From Bugula neritina (lineage: Eukaryota; Animalia; Bryozoa), in assembly GCA_964035545.1 (NCBI GenBank), contig OZ037766.1, positions 19,704,767-19,768,766 on the forward strand: a stretch of DNA of 64,000 nt, given 5' to 3'. A program made the translations under genes and the position numbers. This document shows, one piece after another, positions 23,880-39,114 of this stretch. The notes beneath the pieces are model-generated. The model saw nothing but the letters and a program-made list of their open reading frames with translations. It had not been told where the DNA came from and did no database searches. Positions within the stretch are counted from its first letter, which is position 1. Each line of letters begins with the position of its first letter.

Positions 23880-26800
23880 CTAGAAGGTGAAAGAGAGAGA
23901 ATCACAGAGGATGACAAAGTACCAGGATATGTCACTATAACCCGTCAGTTCTACCGTAAATGGGACTCCAGGAACTACATACAAGACTGTGGATAGGATG
24001 GCACTACTTGGAGTATAGCTAAAAATAAATACACACTGACTTAACACACAGCCTTATTACTAGAATCAGCTCACATCTTGAGGGGAAAACCTATTCATCC
24101 CAACTAGTAAAGCTAAGTCTCTTGTAAAAAAATTACACCAGCAAAACACTACAATGCAAGCAAATAAACATAAAAATATACAATACAAGAGTATTGTGAG
24201 TCATAATAACATCTGGTTGACTTTCATTTTCGGACGTGAAGATTTTAATCTGTATGAAAAATGTTTCATGCACTGAATAAACCACAATAAAAAAAAAACT
24301 CACGGAAGTTTATAGTCGCTATCCCTGTGAGAAACCCCTGAAAGAAAGGGTTTTTGTTAGAACGGGCTAAGGACATGTTCAAATGAGGCACAGGAGCAAT
24401 TATGACTGGATGCTCTTCCTAACATCACCAATGGCCTTTGTCGGGTTTGAACCTCTGAATAAACCACAATACAAAGCTAAAATTACACTTACAAATCATG
24501 ATGGGCAATAAAAAATTTTATTCCACAAAAACTTTGGTAAAATTCAAATCTTTGCATGAATAAAAGTTTCTATTTTTATTAATTTGAGCCTAAATCAAAA
24601 TTTTAAATGCAACTTTTCTAAAAGTGAAAAAGTTGAATTTACCCTTATGAAATACAGTTGAATTTCAAAAACTTAAGCACACACCAGGGTTGAGGTCAAT
24701 TACATGTGAATGTAATTAATTACAATTACAATTACAATTACAATTACCCCAACCCTGGCACACACAAATCTAATAGTAGACTTGAAAAAGTTAATTATAG
24801 CAATCTAAGGAATAACCATCCAATTCTCTCAATTGCCAAAGTTTAAAGCTCATGGAAAAACTTTTGACTTTAAGACTGACTGTTATAATATTATATCCAC
24901 CTATATTTTATGAAAGCTTTTAATTGAAAATTAAAATAAATTTGTAAATTAAAATGCAAGCTAATACATTTTATTGATCATCTATAAATTTCTTGCGTTA
25001 CTTATATTTTTTGTAATCAATTGTTTTCTCGATGCTTGGCTTCAATTAAATTTATTTTATACTTTTCTATACTTTTTCATCACTACTTTAATATAGTATT
25101 TATAGTTGAGGACTTCATATTCCATAATGCGATATCCATGTAGATTATAAATTTGTCAGTTGTCAAATATACTTTTTGTGTAAAACGATCATACCATTAT
25201 TGCTTATAACCAGTGTATATTTCCTAAAATAACTATAAATAGAAGTGATAAAACTAACATATTGCGCTTTGCAAATAATTAGTAATTATAATATAATGTC
25301 ACTATTTCATAGATTTATCATTATTGCATCTTATACTTCAGAAGTTATAACTCACTGATGCTTTGTTTAACTTTGTTATGATGTGTTATAACATCTACTA
25401 AAATTTAAATAGGACTCATATACTTTTAAAAGCTATTGCAGTAATAATTAATCATCAATCTTAAAAAATTAATTATTAACTGACATCATTGTAATAATAA
25501 ATCACAATATTACAATCATAGAACCATTTAACTTGTAGGATATGAAAATGCGGAACTAGTGCTGTTTCATCAAGCCTAGTTATATCACTTAATTTGTTAG
25601 GCAAATTTTACAATGCATCTATTTCACTATTATATGTTCAGTCTACAGAAGCATGCAGTTTACAACAAAAAACCGATAATATAAGTTGACTGGTTAATGC
25701 AAATTTGACCTAGTTTCATCAGTACACAGGCGACACAGTTATAATGATAGCTTACAAGACTGCAAAGCTTTCTGGTATTTGGAAAAGAAATTTAACACTG
25801 TGTTTCATTGTAATACTGTTTTAGGACATGGACAGCTTTCTAATAAGGATGTGTTATTGTAAGAAAACTGAGAAGTGACAATATTAGTGAATGCACGGAA
25901 GCTGTCTTATGAAATGTATATATGGGGCAAAATTGTAACATATTGAACAGCAGTAAACTGATTTTGCTGATACAAGGTTTCCAGTGTAATTAGGAAAATA
26001 GGACATGTAACAATGATAGTAGTAATACCAGAAAAGTACTGTCGGAAAGATTAAAGTATTTTTTAAAAGCTATTAAGGAAACATATTAACACCAAAATTG
26101 TTAATGCAGGCAATTCTCAACAGTTTTGAGGGTTTGTTAATATTTCTATGTCTAATACAATATCCAATATATTTGCAAGAGCCCTGCATCTCAACTTAAT
26201 TTGAGTTTTTGGGTTATATTTCACAATGTCATAAAATACTTTCAACTGTTTATATGCATATTATAGAAGTTTTGTGGTTGGTTAATCGATTAAGGAAGGA
26301 CAACTCCAAAGTGTAATAGTCGATTACATTGAGTTAATAAAGTAAAATGTTTAAAATTGCTGCACTCAAAGTATATATCAGATGCATATATTTATTATAG
26401 TGCTCCCTCTATATCTTACTAAGCTGTGGGTCTGAAACCTGAATTCGTGACATAATAGAATACCATATTTAACTCTCGGATCTATTAAGTTTACAATTTT
26501 ATCCTTATACACATCACATGCATAAGCTACAAAACAGGGGTCCATGCCCTTCTTGTGCCTTATGGAATTTTGTAAAAAGTAGAACTGTGAAATATGGAAA
26601 GAGCATTGTAAATTTACAAATTATGTTTATGCATTTATTGATTTAATAACTCACGTAATGTTCTATTCTTTTCACCTGCATATTCACAATTAACCCCCTA
26701 GTGCACTTTGCTGCACCATACACCGTAACGTAAAACAGCAGCCATTTTTCCAAATATCCAAATTTCTTGTTAGGCGCTGCAGTACGTTAGGATCAAGCAC

Positions 26801-29800
26801 TGCTTGATTAAAAAAAGTTGTGGTGGGCTCCTATTGGACAGGAAGACATTCCCGTCAATTCATTGGATGGAAATGTCCAATAAAGTGTCATAGATCGTAC
26901 CCTATAGCGCACTTTGCGAACTTCAGCCCGGACACATTAAAAATGGCTGGTATTTTATGTTACAGCCTACAGTGCAGCAGAGTGTGTCTAGGAGGTATGA
27001 GTTGTCTTCCCACATACTGTCGCACTTGTTGATATAAATTTTAGAGTTGTTACATATTAGAAGCAAAACAGCAATAATTGGTAACAATAAGCTAGCTGAA
27101 ATGAAGCTAATACCACATGTAGTTTGCTTAAAAGTTTATTAGCTCATAAAATAAAATTAATACCACAATGTCATAAAACATACCGTAAAGAAATAACTTT
27201 ATGCTGCAATGCACTTAACACACTAGCCAAAATATTAATTTAATTATAATTGATATCCATATAAATATATTCTATATATAATTTGATTTTTTAACAAATA
27301 TCAAGAAAATCTGTGCACAATTTATAGACAAAGACGCAAAACATCTAAAACAAAACAACTTACTCTATTACTTTTTGATATTTTTTACAAATGATCTATT
27401 CTCATATAATTTAAATAAATGGCTATAACTTTCAACAACATTATTCACAGGGATTTGGGTACAAAAATATATTTTAGGCCAAAGGAGTTGTCCACACATA
27501 CTAACATATTTGATGTCTGAATAACAACCAATCGATTAGAATAATATGCCTGGGAGGACTATAACAAAATACATTGAGCAACTGTCTTCTTTAACAGCAG
27601 ATAATCATCAGAAATCATCAACTTATGACTTTCCTTTTCTGTTTTTCACAAATCCTCAATCCTTTATGCTAGCTAATCATAAGCACAACCTGTACTATCC
27701 AAAATAAAGTGGGTAACTCATAATTGGCATATTTCCTTCTAGAAGCAGATTATTCTGAGATTGTCCTGAAATCCTTCATCTCTCGAAACTTCTATAATTA
27801 ACTAAACACTAGCTAACTTTTATTTCTTGCCTTTGGACGTGATGAGGCAGAAAACTATAAACTAACTGTGCATTTGGATAGAACCATTTGCTTGAGATCA
27901 AAAGTGTAAGGGAAAGAATACTTAGTGCTGAATCACATCACGCAGTCTTGCTGACCAAACACTCCAATTTACTAACATAACCATTGTCAGTTTCAACATG
28001 CAGCCATCTTGGTTCTCTATCTTGTAAGTAGAACTTTATCCTCGACTGCTTAATTCCTTTATTTTTACATACAGGATGAGGAGCCTGCAACAACACATAG
28101 AGTACACAATGAAACATTATGAGTTCTATCAGATGGTACTTATGTCCTCCTTTACTAAACACTTATTAGTAATTGTAATTTAACATAAGTAAAGACAATT
28201 GGCGAATGATTCACAGTAAGCTCTAATAGACAATAGGAGGGTTTAAAGCTCAGGGTTGAAACAAAAACTATTTTGAGAGCTTTTCTATAGGAAGTTTGTT
28301 GTGCATCCAAATATTAATAATATATAAATTATATTAGAAAGAAACTCATTATACCTACTGATTAGTGATATAGTGAGTGAAACATCACTTACGTAGGCTG
28401 ATATTAAAACTTCTTCAATGCTGTGCAACTTGAGCATCTCTGAACACAGGGCTAATATGTCATTCGGTTCAGCTGTGTAGCTTCCACAGGGACAGTCTGG
28501 ACATAGGTTATTGTTGGTTTCTGGGTCAACACTGAAGCCTGTTGATGATATCTCAATACTCTCCAAAGGTGTTGCGTTATCTTTATAATCATCATTACCA
28601 TGGAACACTTTTACTCCGTCCACACTAAAACAACGGCTATGCTACATAAAATACAAGTTTATCAAAACTATAATGTGCAGAAATATAATCTAGAAGCTTC
28701 TACTCAAGTTTCCTATCCTACTCTTTTTGTTTTTGAGCAACAAATACTGCAACTGGTAATTATTTTATAATGTACACTGATGACATTAGAGCAAACATTT
28801 ATTTTCAGATCAAACAGTATTTTGTACATATTAAACAACATTTTACAGCAATCAGGCAGTTTAATTAAGTAACCAGTTGTTTACAAGGACTATTTCTACA
28901 ATGTTTATATAATTTACAAAAGTAAATTATTTAGTAATGAGCTGCAATGACATTCTGAAGAAACATTTGGCACATATTCCCATAGCTAAACTGTACACTC
29001 TCAGAGCAAACAAGTGATTTTATTCAACAAATAAAACCTTGAAGCTAAAGTGCTACTCGAAGTGTTCCAACTGCTGAACAATAATTTAAAAGCTTACAAT
29101 TTCCTAAAACTGAAATGCCTTGAACACATTAAAAACCTAATCAAAATACAGTTCAAAAAATTAAAATTATTATGTTTGGCAAGCAGTTCTCTCATAAATA
29201 ATTGTGCTATAAATTATATATCTCCTGCTTAAATTTTATTAATTGGTTTTTTCTACCTATTTTTGTCTTTTAGTCACAGTTTTGACATGCAGGATTTGCT
29301 ACCTTTACCATAACATTAGCTAGACAAATGACCAATATTGAGTGGGGGTTTAAACTAGCAATGCACTGCACTACTAAATATATTAATGGTCATTTTTGTA
29401 GATAATGAATGCTGCAGAAAGGAATACTTAAGTGTGTTAATTTTTTCTAAGTGTTTGGAAGTTGTCCGTACCTGATATTTTCACAGGTGTAGAGAACGTT
29501 CCCTAGCAGTTTCGAGACATAAGTAGCTTCACATGATACATTTCTACCATGCACAGGCAGCATTTTCGGGAAAGGCAACTCTAAAATAAGAAAATGACAA
29601 TAAAGCATATTCCTAAAGATATTGGTGCATGTATGACAAATATCTTTATCATGATGCACATCATATGATCGACAACAATACAATGTAGAAAAGAGGTATA
29701 TCAATAACTAAACAAATAGTATGGTGCTAGAAGGTTTAAATCTTTTCAGCCTATAACCCCAATTAGAGTAGCAATTTCCACTCATCAGCTACACTCCAAC

Positions 29801-32800
29801 TCTAGGAAAGAAAAGGCAAAAAGTGAGCTTACAAAGAACGCTTTCCACGCTAAAGGAAATACCTTCGCCCCTCAAGCCTGCAAAACACTATATAATAGAT
29901 ACTTAAATCTGTGCTTGCATTACAGATGAAAATAAACATATTGCAGCAAAGAACACTGGGTGAGTTAGTACTGTAAAAGTTCAAACACCCACAATTTTTA
30001 TCATAATGTAAAAAAATACAGTTGTCCCCAAACACTGTGACAATGAGTTATAGCAAAATTATTATAGGAGTGTTGCCAATACCAAGTTTGAAACTTAGCT
30101 GACCTTATTGCAGAAATAGCTTGCTTGCTTTACAAGCCAAATGAAGATCAAGAAGTATGTCACTAACAAGTATACAACATTTTAGCAGCCAAGAAAAACT
30201 AGCAATTTGGTACAAACTGATAATTTTCAAAGTAATAGTAATGGTGAAAGTGTTTATGCTAATTTCCAGAGTGCATTTCTGATAAAAAGTAGTGAGAAAG
30301 CAATGCATTTCCTGTAAACACTGAATAATACTGAGGGTTGCAAAACATCCTAGCCTTCCAACATTGTGGTTGTGATGAGTAAGAGAAAGCTGTTGTTGTT
30401 TAGCTATTTGCTTTACAGAAATACCACCAATATGACCTCTAATTAACTTTTGTAGCTAACTATTGGGGTAGTAAGCCGCATCCCTCTTTAATTCTATCAA
30501 ATTACCAAAAACCTATGCTATTGCCATAAATATTCATAAAATTCAGGCTAATCTGTTGTTCTCAGGAAATATGGCATCCAGAGGTGACTGTTTATCAGCC
30601 AGTTGACAAATAAGCTACCAATGATACACTGCAGTTTTCCTTATTCACTGTCACTAGCTGCAACTAAATCATTGAGCTAAAGACAGATTTAGGTGCCTAA
30701 TATTGGAGAGTCAAGTAGCAGCTGCAGATTTTGCAAAGCAAAAAAGATATCCAAGGCAAGCTTGGGACAATTAAAACAGGTTTATACTTTGCGTCATCAT
30801 TTTATACAACCATTAGCCTACCACCAAAATTCAATACATGTACATGTGGGAAAATTTTTGAAAAAGAGCAGTTAAAATCTTTTGACTGAAAAAGAGATAA
30901 GGAAGCCTACTACCAAGTATTCCTAACTTCTTTTGTACAATGAATCAAGGCAGTGCTTTATGTCATAATAGTAAGCAGTCTTTTAAATATTTGCAAGTTG
31001 CATTCCTTGTGGTAGTTAAAGCATTAATAAGTTATAGTAGCACAGGTTAAACTATGAACGGGAGTTGCTTTGCCCTGAACATATAATGCATAAGCATGCT
31101 ACTAATACTAGCAGAAGCAATGGTAAAGTTGCTATTAAATTCTAATGTATGGAAATGAATTGCAACAGTGGCAACTCTTTTTAGAGATTATGGGCAATGT
31201 TGGATGGATGTAGGTGTAGAGTCTGCAATGCTCGTAAAATTGGCCTGCACTAGGCTATAATAAACATGAGAAGTTGTCTTCCTGCAATTTAATGTCTTTA
31301 CATTCCAAATGCCAAACCAAAAATATAGACCCAAATAAGGTGTCACTCTACACCTGCATACCGGTATAGCTGGGACAGCATATAATTCAAACAATTTACA
31401 CCCCATGTGTCTTTTATACTTTTCTCTCATAACATAGTATTTGTAATTAACTGCAATTTAGTAATGTTTAAAAGCAAGCTTAGTTGTATACATCTATTTA
31501 TACCGCAAGCCTTATTTTCCTCAAAAATTAGCTGCTCTTTTTTTGATCTAACCAGTTTCTGCTTAGTATTCCAATCAATTTCTCTCTTGCATAAAACAAT
31601 ATCTAATTGTATCTACATTTAGTGCAAGTACAGTTAGCAGCTCAACTGGTTTGTATTACATTATATGCAATGTTTTTTATTTTACTCAACTTACTGTTCA
31701 ATACAGAATCTCCATGTATGGGCATGGAACAGTATGCTGATAGGAAGTGTTCAGCAAACTGGCACAACCACAGCAAGCCTAGTGTTTTAAAAGCAACACA
31801 CAGTATATATCTGGGTGAGTGGCCAGATGATTTCAGCCCAGAAAATTGCACAAAAGAGCAAAAATTAACGTTGTGCAATCTATGTCAAAGAATTTCAGAA
31901 GACAACATTTTTATTCAGTATGATTATAACAATTTCGTAATTCAACCATATTTTGTGGCTTGAATTGATAAGTGAAAAAGAGCTAAAATAGAGGAATTTT
32001 TCAAGAGTTGGGTAAATGTTGTTGCTTTAGTATGCAAGTTCATGCAGGAAGTGTGTGAATGAATGAACACATATTAAACTTATGGATGGGTAGTGCAGAT
32101 GCATATCCAATCAATAGAGCAGCTAGGCCAAGGCTCATCAAAAGTGATTGACCAGTAACAGTAAGATAATACTAGCTGTAAAGGTTATGTAAATGAAACA
32201 TTAAAACCTTATGTATTAAAGTACAACGACGTACTGCATGACAAAATTTGCCGCCCACGGCTAAGTTACAGCATCTAAACAGGTTATGACTGCGCATTAT
32301 TCCTTCCCCCACTAGTTAACTTCTCTCATTATACTGCTAGTGCTACATTTGGGAATTCTACTATCAAGATTCTGCAGAAAAACAAAACTTATTACCAGCA
32401 CTTTCTATGTTTTCAGTCATTACTGCAGCCCCTATATTAGTACTGTTTGTTTTCTTACTTGCAGTCACAACAGCAGTGTCTAGGCTGTGACTTCTCTTGA
32501 GAGCTGAACAACAAAAAACCACTTTAACCCGATAAACAAAATTCAGTGGTTATTTCTAAACCAAGCTCTTATACCCCTTCCTAAAGATCATGACTCCAGC
32601 TGCAAAGTTAGAGAGCCAAGGCTAAGTGGAAGGCTTGATTGAATTGCCACAAGCTCATTATGGTGGTAGACCATTAGAAATCCTCTTTCCCATAGGCACC
32701 AAAATGTTGTTTTTGTACTAGAAATTATTTTTGTCATGTGGGCTCTCAGCACTAAGCACTATTGTGGCCTGTATTTACAAAATTAACCGTGTGTGGTTAT

Positions 32801-35800
32801 TATTTGACATAATTTGGCCATATTTTTGCGTTTGCACTACATGGTTCCATGCTTTACCACATTTAGAGGCTAGAGTATACAAAATAATTTTTAAAAACAT
32901 ATTTTTTAATAAACAAACTATAAAGTGTGATTGTATATTTAATCCTACATTATATACAACTTTTCTTCTCTCATGTATTTAGAAAGTAAAGCTTGTATAT
33001 TGCATCTGTTGTGACAAGTACAAAAATACAGGAACCTCCTTTATGCCAGTAGCCTACAGCTATTTAGTTTTTGATGGTTAAGGCAATCATTTGTAGCCAC
33101 TAAAAATTAATTCTTTATCAGAAGCTATTGCCTGCATTTTACACATGAAAAAATTCCTTTTTCATAGTAGATTTATCGATGTATTTGAGTTTAACATTAA
33201 GTTTCTCATGAGTAAACTTGAAAAGTACACAGAATAACCTTTAGGGTCAAATGCATATAGTCAAGTTAGTTGTTGGTCAATAGAAACAAACAAAAAATAT
33301 TTCAATCAATTTTATCAATCAATTAATGAAAGCAGACAAATAAAAGTGTAATGAATTATTCAGTTAATAGTCCAGTTTGTTAGAGGACACAGATTTGTTA
33401 CCCCAACTCATATGGTCAGCTGATCCAATTCAACAGTTCAAATTACTATTAGCTACAGATTTGAAGAGGCATGTGATGAACTATTAGCAGTTGTATTTTC
33501 TTCACACATTTAATATTCCAACTCAATAATCAATACATAACACTCTACATAAATCAGCTGATTGGGTATGTTCCATACAAATGACAGTCAGCCAACAACA
33601 CAAGCATTATATGAAAGTTTTTTTCACTGAAAGCAACATGTGAAAATTGCTACCTGCGATTGTTAGAGATATCTCAATAGATTCTACCAGTGTAGAGCTG
33701 TACCCTAGTGAGTGTTGTTTGGCTTACTAACTGCTAGCTGATACAGTAAGACCTATGAGTGGTAGATACAAGGTCTTAGCAGTTCCAACAGGATATTGCA
33801 AATCAGGAAAATGTATTTTGGTTTTCATGATTTTTGATTACTCAGGTGGAAAAGGGGTTTCAGTGTTTGGAACTGACAAATTTCTTTAGTAGCAGCACTA
33901 TATATTTGGAATAATAGAACTACTAACCATACTTCCTAATCGGAAATATTACTTGAGCGTTAACATCAATTGAGATTCAAGCTTAACAATTTTCCTAAGA
34001 ATTTCTAAAAAAAACTGCTTCCACTACGAAGAAATGAAAATTTAGATTCAAACAATAGAAATAGAAAATAAACGTTTGGTTTATAAACTGGTGGCTAGAT
34101 TATGGTATGCCAACTTGTGCTTAAAATGAACTAGATACTAAATAAAAACATCCAATGAATGTGATTTTTAATATTTGCTGACAGACAAAATGTTAATAAT
34201 GGTGTGAGCATTCAGGTGATTTAAGAGTATTGAGTGAATCAGCACACACAGAATAGTCAGAAGCTTGTCTCTATAGTATCTGGTGTATAGAATGTCCAGT
34301 TTGTTTTTTGGAAACACATTTTGCTTTGCTATTTATCATAAATGCCACCTAATTAAGTCAGTGTTTTAGGCAAGATATGTCAAATCACTTGATTTACTAA
34401 TGATGAGATACAAAGCTAATCCAACCCTGTTTACATCATTACAGCTATCTGGAACTATGCAACCGCATCTACTTGTGAAATTGGTATTTAGAATGGCCAA
34501 AGCCATCACCAGGATTTTCATATATCTTATATGTTCACAAGTCACCAGCTGTGTGTGTGTGTGTAAAAATGGAGCTGTGGAGTGTAGCATAACAGCTTTC
34601 GATTACGTAGTTGATAATAAAAGTAGCCTAGTAGGGCTAGCATTGTTGGAAAGGCGGCCTTTGTAAATCAATAACAAAAGCCATAGCAGTCTTTGACCGT
34701 TATGCAAATGCATTCAACTTTGTTGAAGTAATTTCAAAGACATTGTGTTATTTAATATGCTTCGAAGTAAATGTTGAATACCTTTTTATTTTCACATATT
34801 ATGCTGAGCAGATGAGGTAACAAAACAACTTAAAATGTAACACTAGGCTAAGAAACTGTTCAACAAGGCATACTTGGCTGTTGTTGACATCCAACAAAGA
34901 AATATTTGATAATTATTGTATTGATACTCTTCGAATAGTCATCCCCAATCAAATTTTATCATGTTGATTATTTTTGCTGTACCTATTATAAATATCTTAT
35001 TTATTGGCAAAGCTGCTAAATGCTCTTCACTAGTGATCTGCCAGCTTATAACAAGTTTTGTCACCACGAAAAACGGTGTACCACCCAGATGACTGTGTAC
35101 TGACTCCCTATATCTAACCCCATTGACCAACAAATCTACTTTCAACATCGTGACCAGAGAACAGCTGGAAACTGCAGATCACTTTGTTTACCAGCTTCTT
35201 GGTTTGACTACAAGATCTGTGGTCTATGTGATGGACCTGAGTAAATCAGATCACCAATAATGTTTAGCCCTTTCACCACATCATTTTCTGATTGAATAAC
35301 TAAGCCTTTCCATATTATTTTCTTACTCTAACAAATACCTCTTGGTATTGTGAATGGTTAGAATGCACTAATACCTGGTTTCCAAATGACAAGTCATAAA
35401 TCCTAAGCCATTCTCAGCAGTTTTAAGCAGAGCAGAATAAAATGTTTTTTTTATTGTATGGATAAAATATTGGGTTTCGAAAATCAGGCAAGTGGTCTCA
35501 GTTGAGACCTACCCCTTATAAACTTTGGCTGATGGAAAACCAACTATTAGCACAATTCTGCATTTACTGGGTATTTTGTAGCAGTTTAGTTCACAATAGA
35601 CAGTTGTAATAATAACATAAAACATTTTAGCTTTCTGTGGGAGCAGCCATGGTCTAGGGTTTGAAGCGCTGACATTTTTGAAATTTTGAAGTCATGGATT
35701 TGAACCCCAGTAAAGGCCATTGGTGATGTTAGGAAGAGCATCTAGTCATAATTGCTCCTGTGCCCCACCTGAATAAGTTCTTAGCTCAATTTAATAGAAA

Positions 35801-38800
35801 AAAAACATTTTCTATGGGGGGGGGGTTTCTCACAGGATGGTGACTATAAACTTGCTGTGAGTGAGGTTTTTTGGCTTTCTGCCATAAGTGAATTTAAATG
35901 CTATAAGGCTTTGTATAACCACAAAAACATTGCATTAATTTTTAACAGAAAATAGTAAGTGTTATTGGTACAAGAATGCGTAACAGGTTCTTATTAACCA
36001 ACTGTTTAAAAAACATGTTGATAAAAAGTGAGGTGCAAATCTCAAACCATTTAGCATAACTGTAACATGTTTGTATAGATAAGAACAGTATTTGCTTAAT
36101 GCATGAACAATGCGTATTTTGGTCTAGATTGTACACCAATCATCAACTGATCTGGCAGCTATAACAACAAAACCTCCGTTCCAGCAGTAGCTTTCCATTT
36201 AAAGAAACAACTAATTTACAAGATTTGCATCTGGGTCAAAATCCATGATTACATGCAATAATAATTGATACAGTCACTTTGCTTCCAAGGTGCATACAGT
36301 AGAAGAGAACAGAGACAATCTCCACAGTTGATTTCTGTGGATGGCTCAACTCTGAACACTTGAAACAGTCTAAATGCCACAACCTCTTACAAATCAACAT
36401 GTCACCAGCTATAAATGGGCAGAAAAGTTACCCAATATTCATTAAATGCCAAAAATATTGTTATTCTCTGAGTTGCCCATTGGCAACCTGATAGCATATA
36501 ATGAATGCTATAACATAAAAACCAAGCCATTAATACATAATCTATGAATGGTAACAGCCTTGTGAAAATACTATTTTATCAACATGTATTGTGATGATAG
36601 TGATGACATTATTTAGGGCTGTGCTCTAATATTTTAACCAATTTGTGTAGCCAATATAACAGGCATTCATAGCTTCCACTTGCAACCACTGCAAGTTATA
36701 CTTAGATAATACACTGTACTAGTTAGCCAAACTGGCCATTAACACACTGCAGTTGCAGTGAGGGTTTATTAATAGAAGTATTATATAAAACAATGACTTC
36801 ACTCTAGCTACAGCTAGTAAGAATTTAAGATGTTGCATAATGCCGTCTGCAAAAAAGGGTCAATAACATATGCATGATTCTGTGTTAGTTGATGTTAGTT
36901 AATGCGCTGTATAAGCTCACATTATGAGGGATGGGGCTGTAGCAATTGATAGTATGAGTCTAAGCCCTATAAGGTGTTGAGTTCAGAAGCAAACAAAAGT
37001 TTAAAACTCTCAGGCGCTAATCAAAAAAGATTTAGCAAAATTTGCAAATATGTATAATTATAATTGAGAATAGAAAATCCACCTCTTTATACTAAAAACA
37101 TGCAGCATGCAGTAATTATTGGGAGTTCATTGTGTAATGATTCATAGGAATTTGGAAGAACATTATTTGAAAATTACTGCCCATGTGGCCTCCAGACCAA
37201 ACTAAATTTGACAGTGTGGCCCTCGCCATGGAATATTCTATTTCAGTGGCTCCAGTCTGAAAAGGTTGGACACCCCTGCAACTGCGTTACAAATGATTAG
37301 ATGTTTTAATCTAAAACTCAACTGCATACAAACTATTTCCTATAAGGTGATTGTACTTGCTGTAATATAATTATTGAAAGCTTGGTTGTAATATATTGGT
37401 TACCGTTTAAAACGCAAGGTCGCCTGGAGGATGGCAAAGATTCACTTGGTGGTGGTAAAGATCCTGATTGCTATAAGCTCTTGGCATTAAGGATAATAAT
37501 ATATTGTTGTTGCAAAAGTTTTTAACATCAAATTAATATTCTAAAGAATGTCAACACCTAGTCTTTCCTTCTTCCCATTTTTAATAAGTGGTAAACAACC
37601 TGCACATGTAGTGGCTTCATTAATAACACAGTGTCAAAGTGCAGGATGATGACAGTGTTACTTAGTTCCAATAACAAGTATGATGCATTCTACCTTGATC
37701 GACTTTTTTTGCTAAGGTGTGAATTCAACAGCTGCTTTGCAACCCACTTCCATAATAAGCTAGGATAGTGCCTTACTTAGAGATACATGATTAACACTCA
37801 AGGTTTGAATGTAGAGCTGAATAACCTCAGGGGTGATAAGATAGCAGAGCTTATTGTTACATAATATATTAGTGTGCAGTATCTCTCTAACCAGTCAACC
37901 CACCTAACTAGTTGATTCAGTAAAATTATTTTATAATTATAAATCCTTTACTATCATAGCCTAGTAGTAAGAACCTTGCAAGTTCTTTAACCTGTTTGGT
38001 CTTTGCATGCAATTTAAGTTTATAAAATCTATCGATTTTACTATAAAATACCTAACAAGAGAATTTAGTGTTCTATAAGTACTAACTATTATGTTGGCCA
38101 GGTTAGCATTGATGGGGCAAAAGCTCACACTAATGTAGTTTTACATGTACAAATAATATTCTTAAAACTGGTCGTGGTATTCAAGTCACATATTCGCAGA
38201 GATAGACAAGAAATACATAGAAAAGGGTGTTTGAACCCTAGAAGTTAGCTTAACTGTGTAGAGTGGGCCTTTAACCAATTCAACTACTAGATCAACCCTA
38301 AAGGAGAGGGGTGACTAGTGAACTAATTATCAAGTGTATAAAGTTACCAGGGGCACATTTACATTTAGGCTTACAACTTAAATTATGTAACAACGAATAA
38401 AAAATTCCCACACTATTCTCAACACTATACTACATAGGACTGAGTAACTGTGACCGTACCCTCTCAATACTATTTCTATTACTAATACCTTCCAGACATT
38501 GGGAAGCCAGCATTTTACTATGAAATACATATTTTCAAGTAAGAACAACCAGTAGGCATGCCGACTTTAAGCCTGATATTGATATTTTTTTAAAAATTTC
38601 ACTGCACCTGAGTTTGCTGTACCAATAGAAGATACAAACTTTTCTTCTAATAGTCAAGATGACATTGTTATTGTAACAAGAGTGTGGCTAGATAATATCT
38701 AAATGTTTCTTTGGATTCATCTTGCAGTGAGTATTATTGTATAACTTTTAGTCCAGGACATAAATACTTTTTCATTTATTGCCTATAATTATGTTAAACC

Positions 38801-39072
38801 TCCTTACTACAAGTATAAATGTACTCTCTTATTTTTTCTTATTCCTAATACTGAAATGCATTACTATCACAATTAATATTATAAGTATTTTACTATAAGT
38901 GCAAAGTATATGCCGATAGTATTATATTATATTGATAGAAAAGGCTGCCAATCACTTTCACACTATTACTTGAATGACATTCCATTATGGACAAGTCACT
39001 TTGAAACTGTCCTATAGTAGTTCCTATTTTCAGGTTTTAGGCAAAATCAGAGTTTTCCTACCAGCATGAAAC

Positions 39073-39114
<42 letters not shown>

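Noticed and set aside
26702-26985. CACTTTG...AGTG ends resembling RSS/Transib heptamer TIRs
   Set aside because: The inverted repeat extends outward to CCCCCTAG/CTAGGAGG next to TTAA-like sites, which fits piggyBac-type ends better; no 5-bp TSD.
31188-35270. Several 70-118 aa ORFs inside the long intron (31188, 31607, 34400, 34939)
   Set aside because: No recognisable motifs or phase-compatible splice sites; they may be old retroelement debris, but I cannot support that.
38225-38292. tRNA-like A/B-box segment on the minus strand
   Set aside because: No convincing cloverleaf; more likely a decayed SINE head than a tRNA gene.
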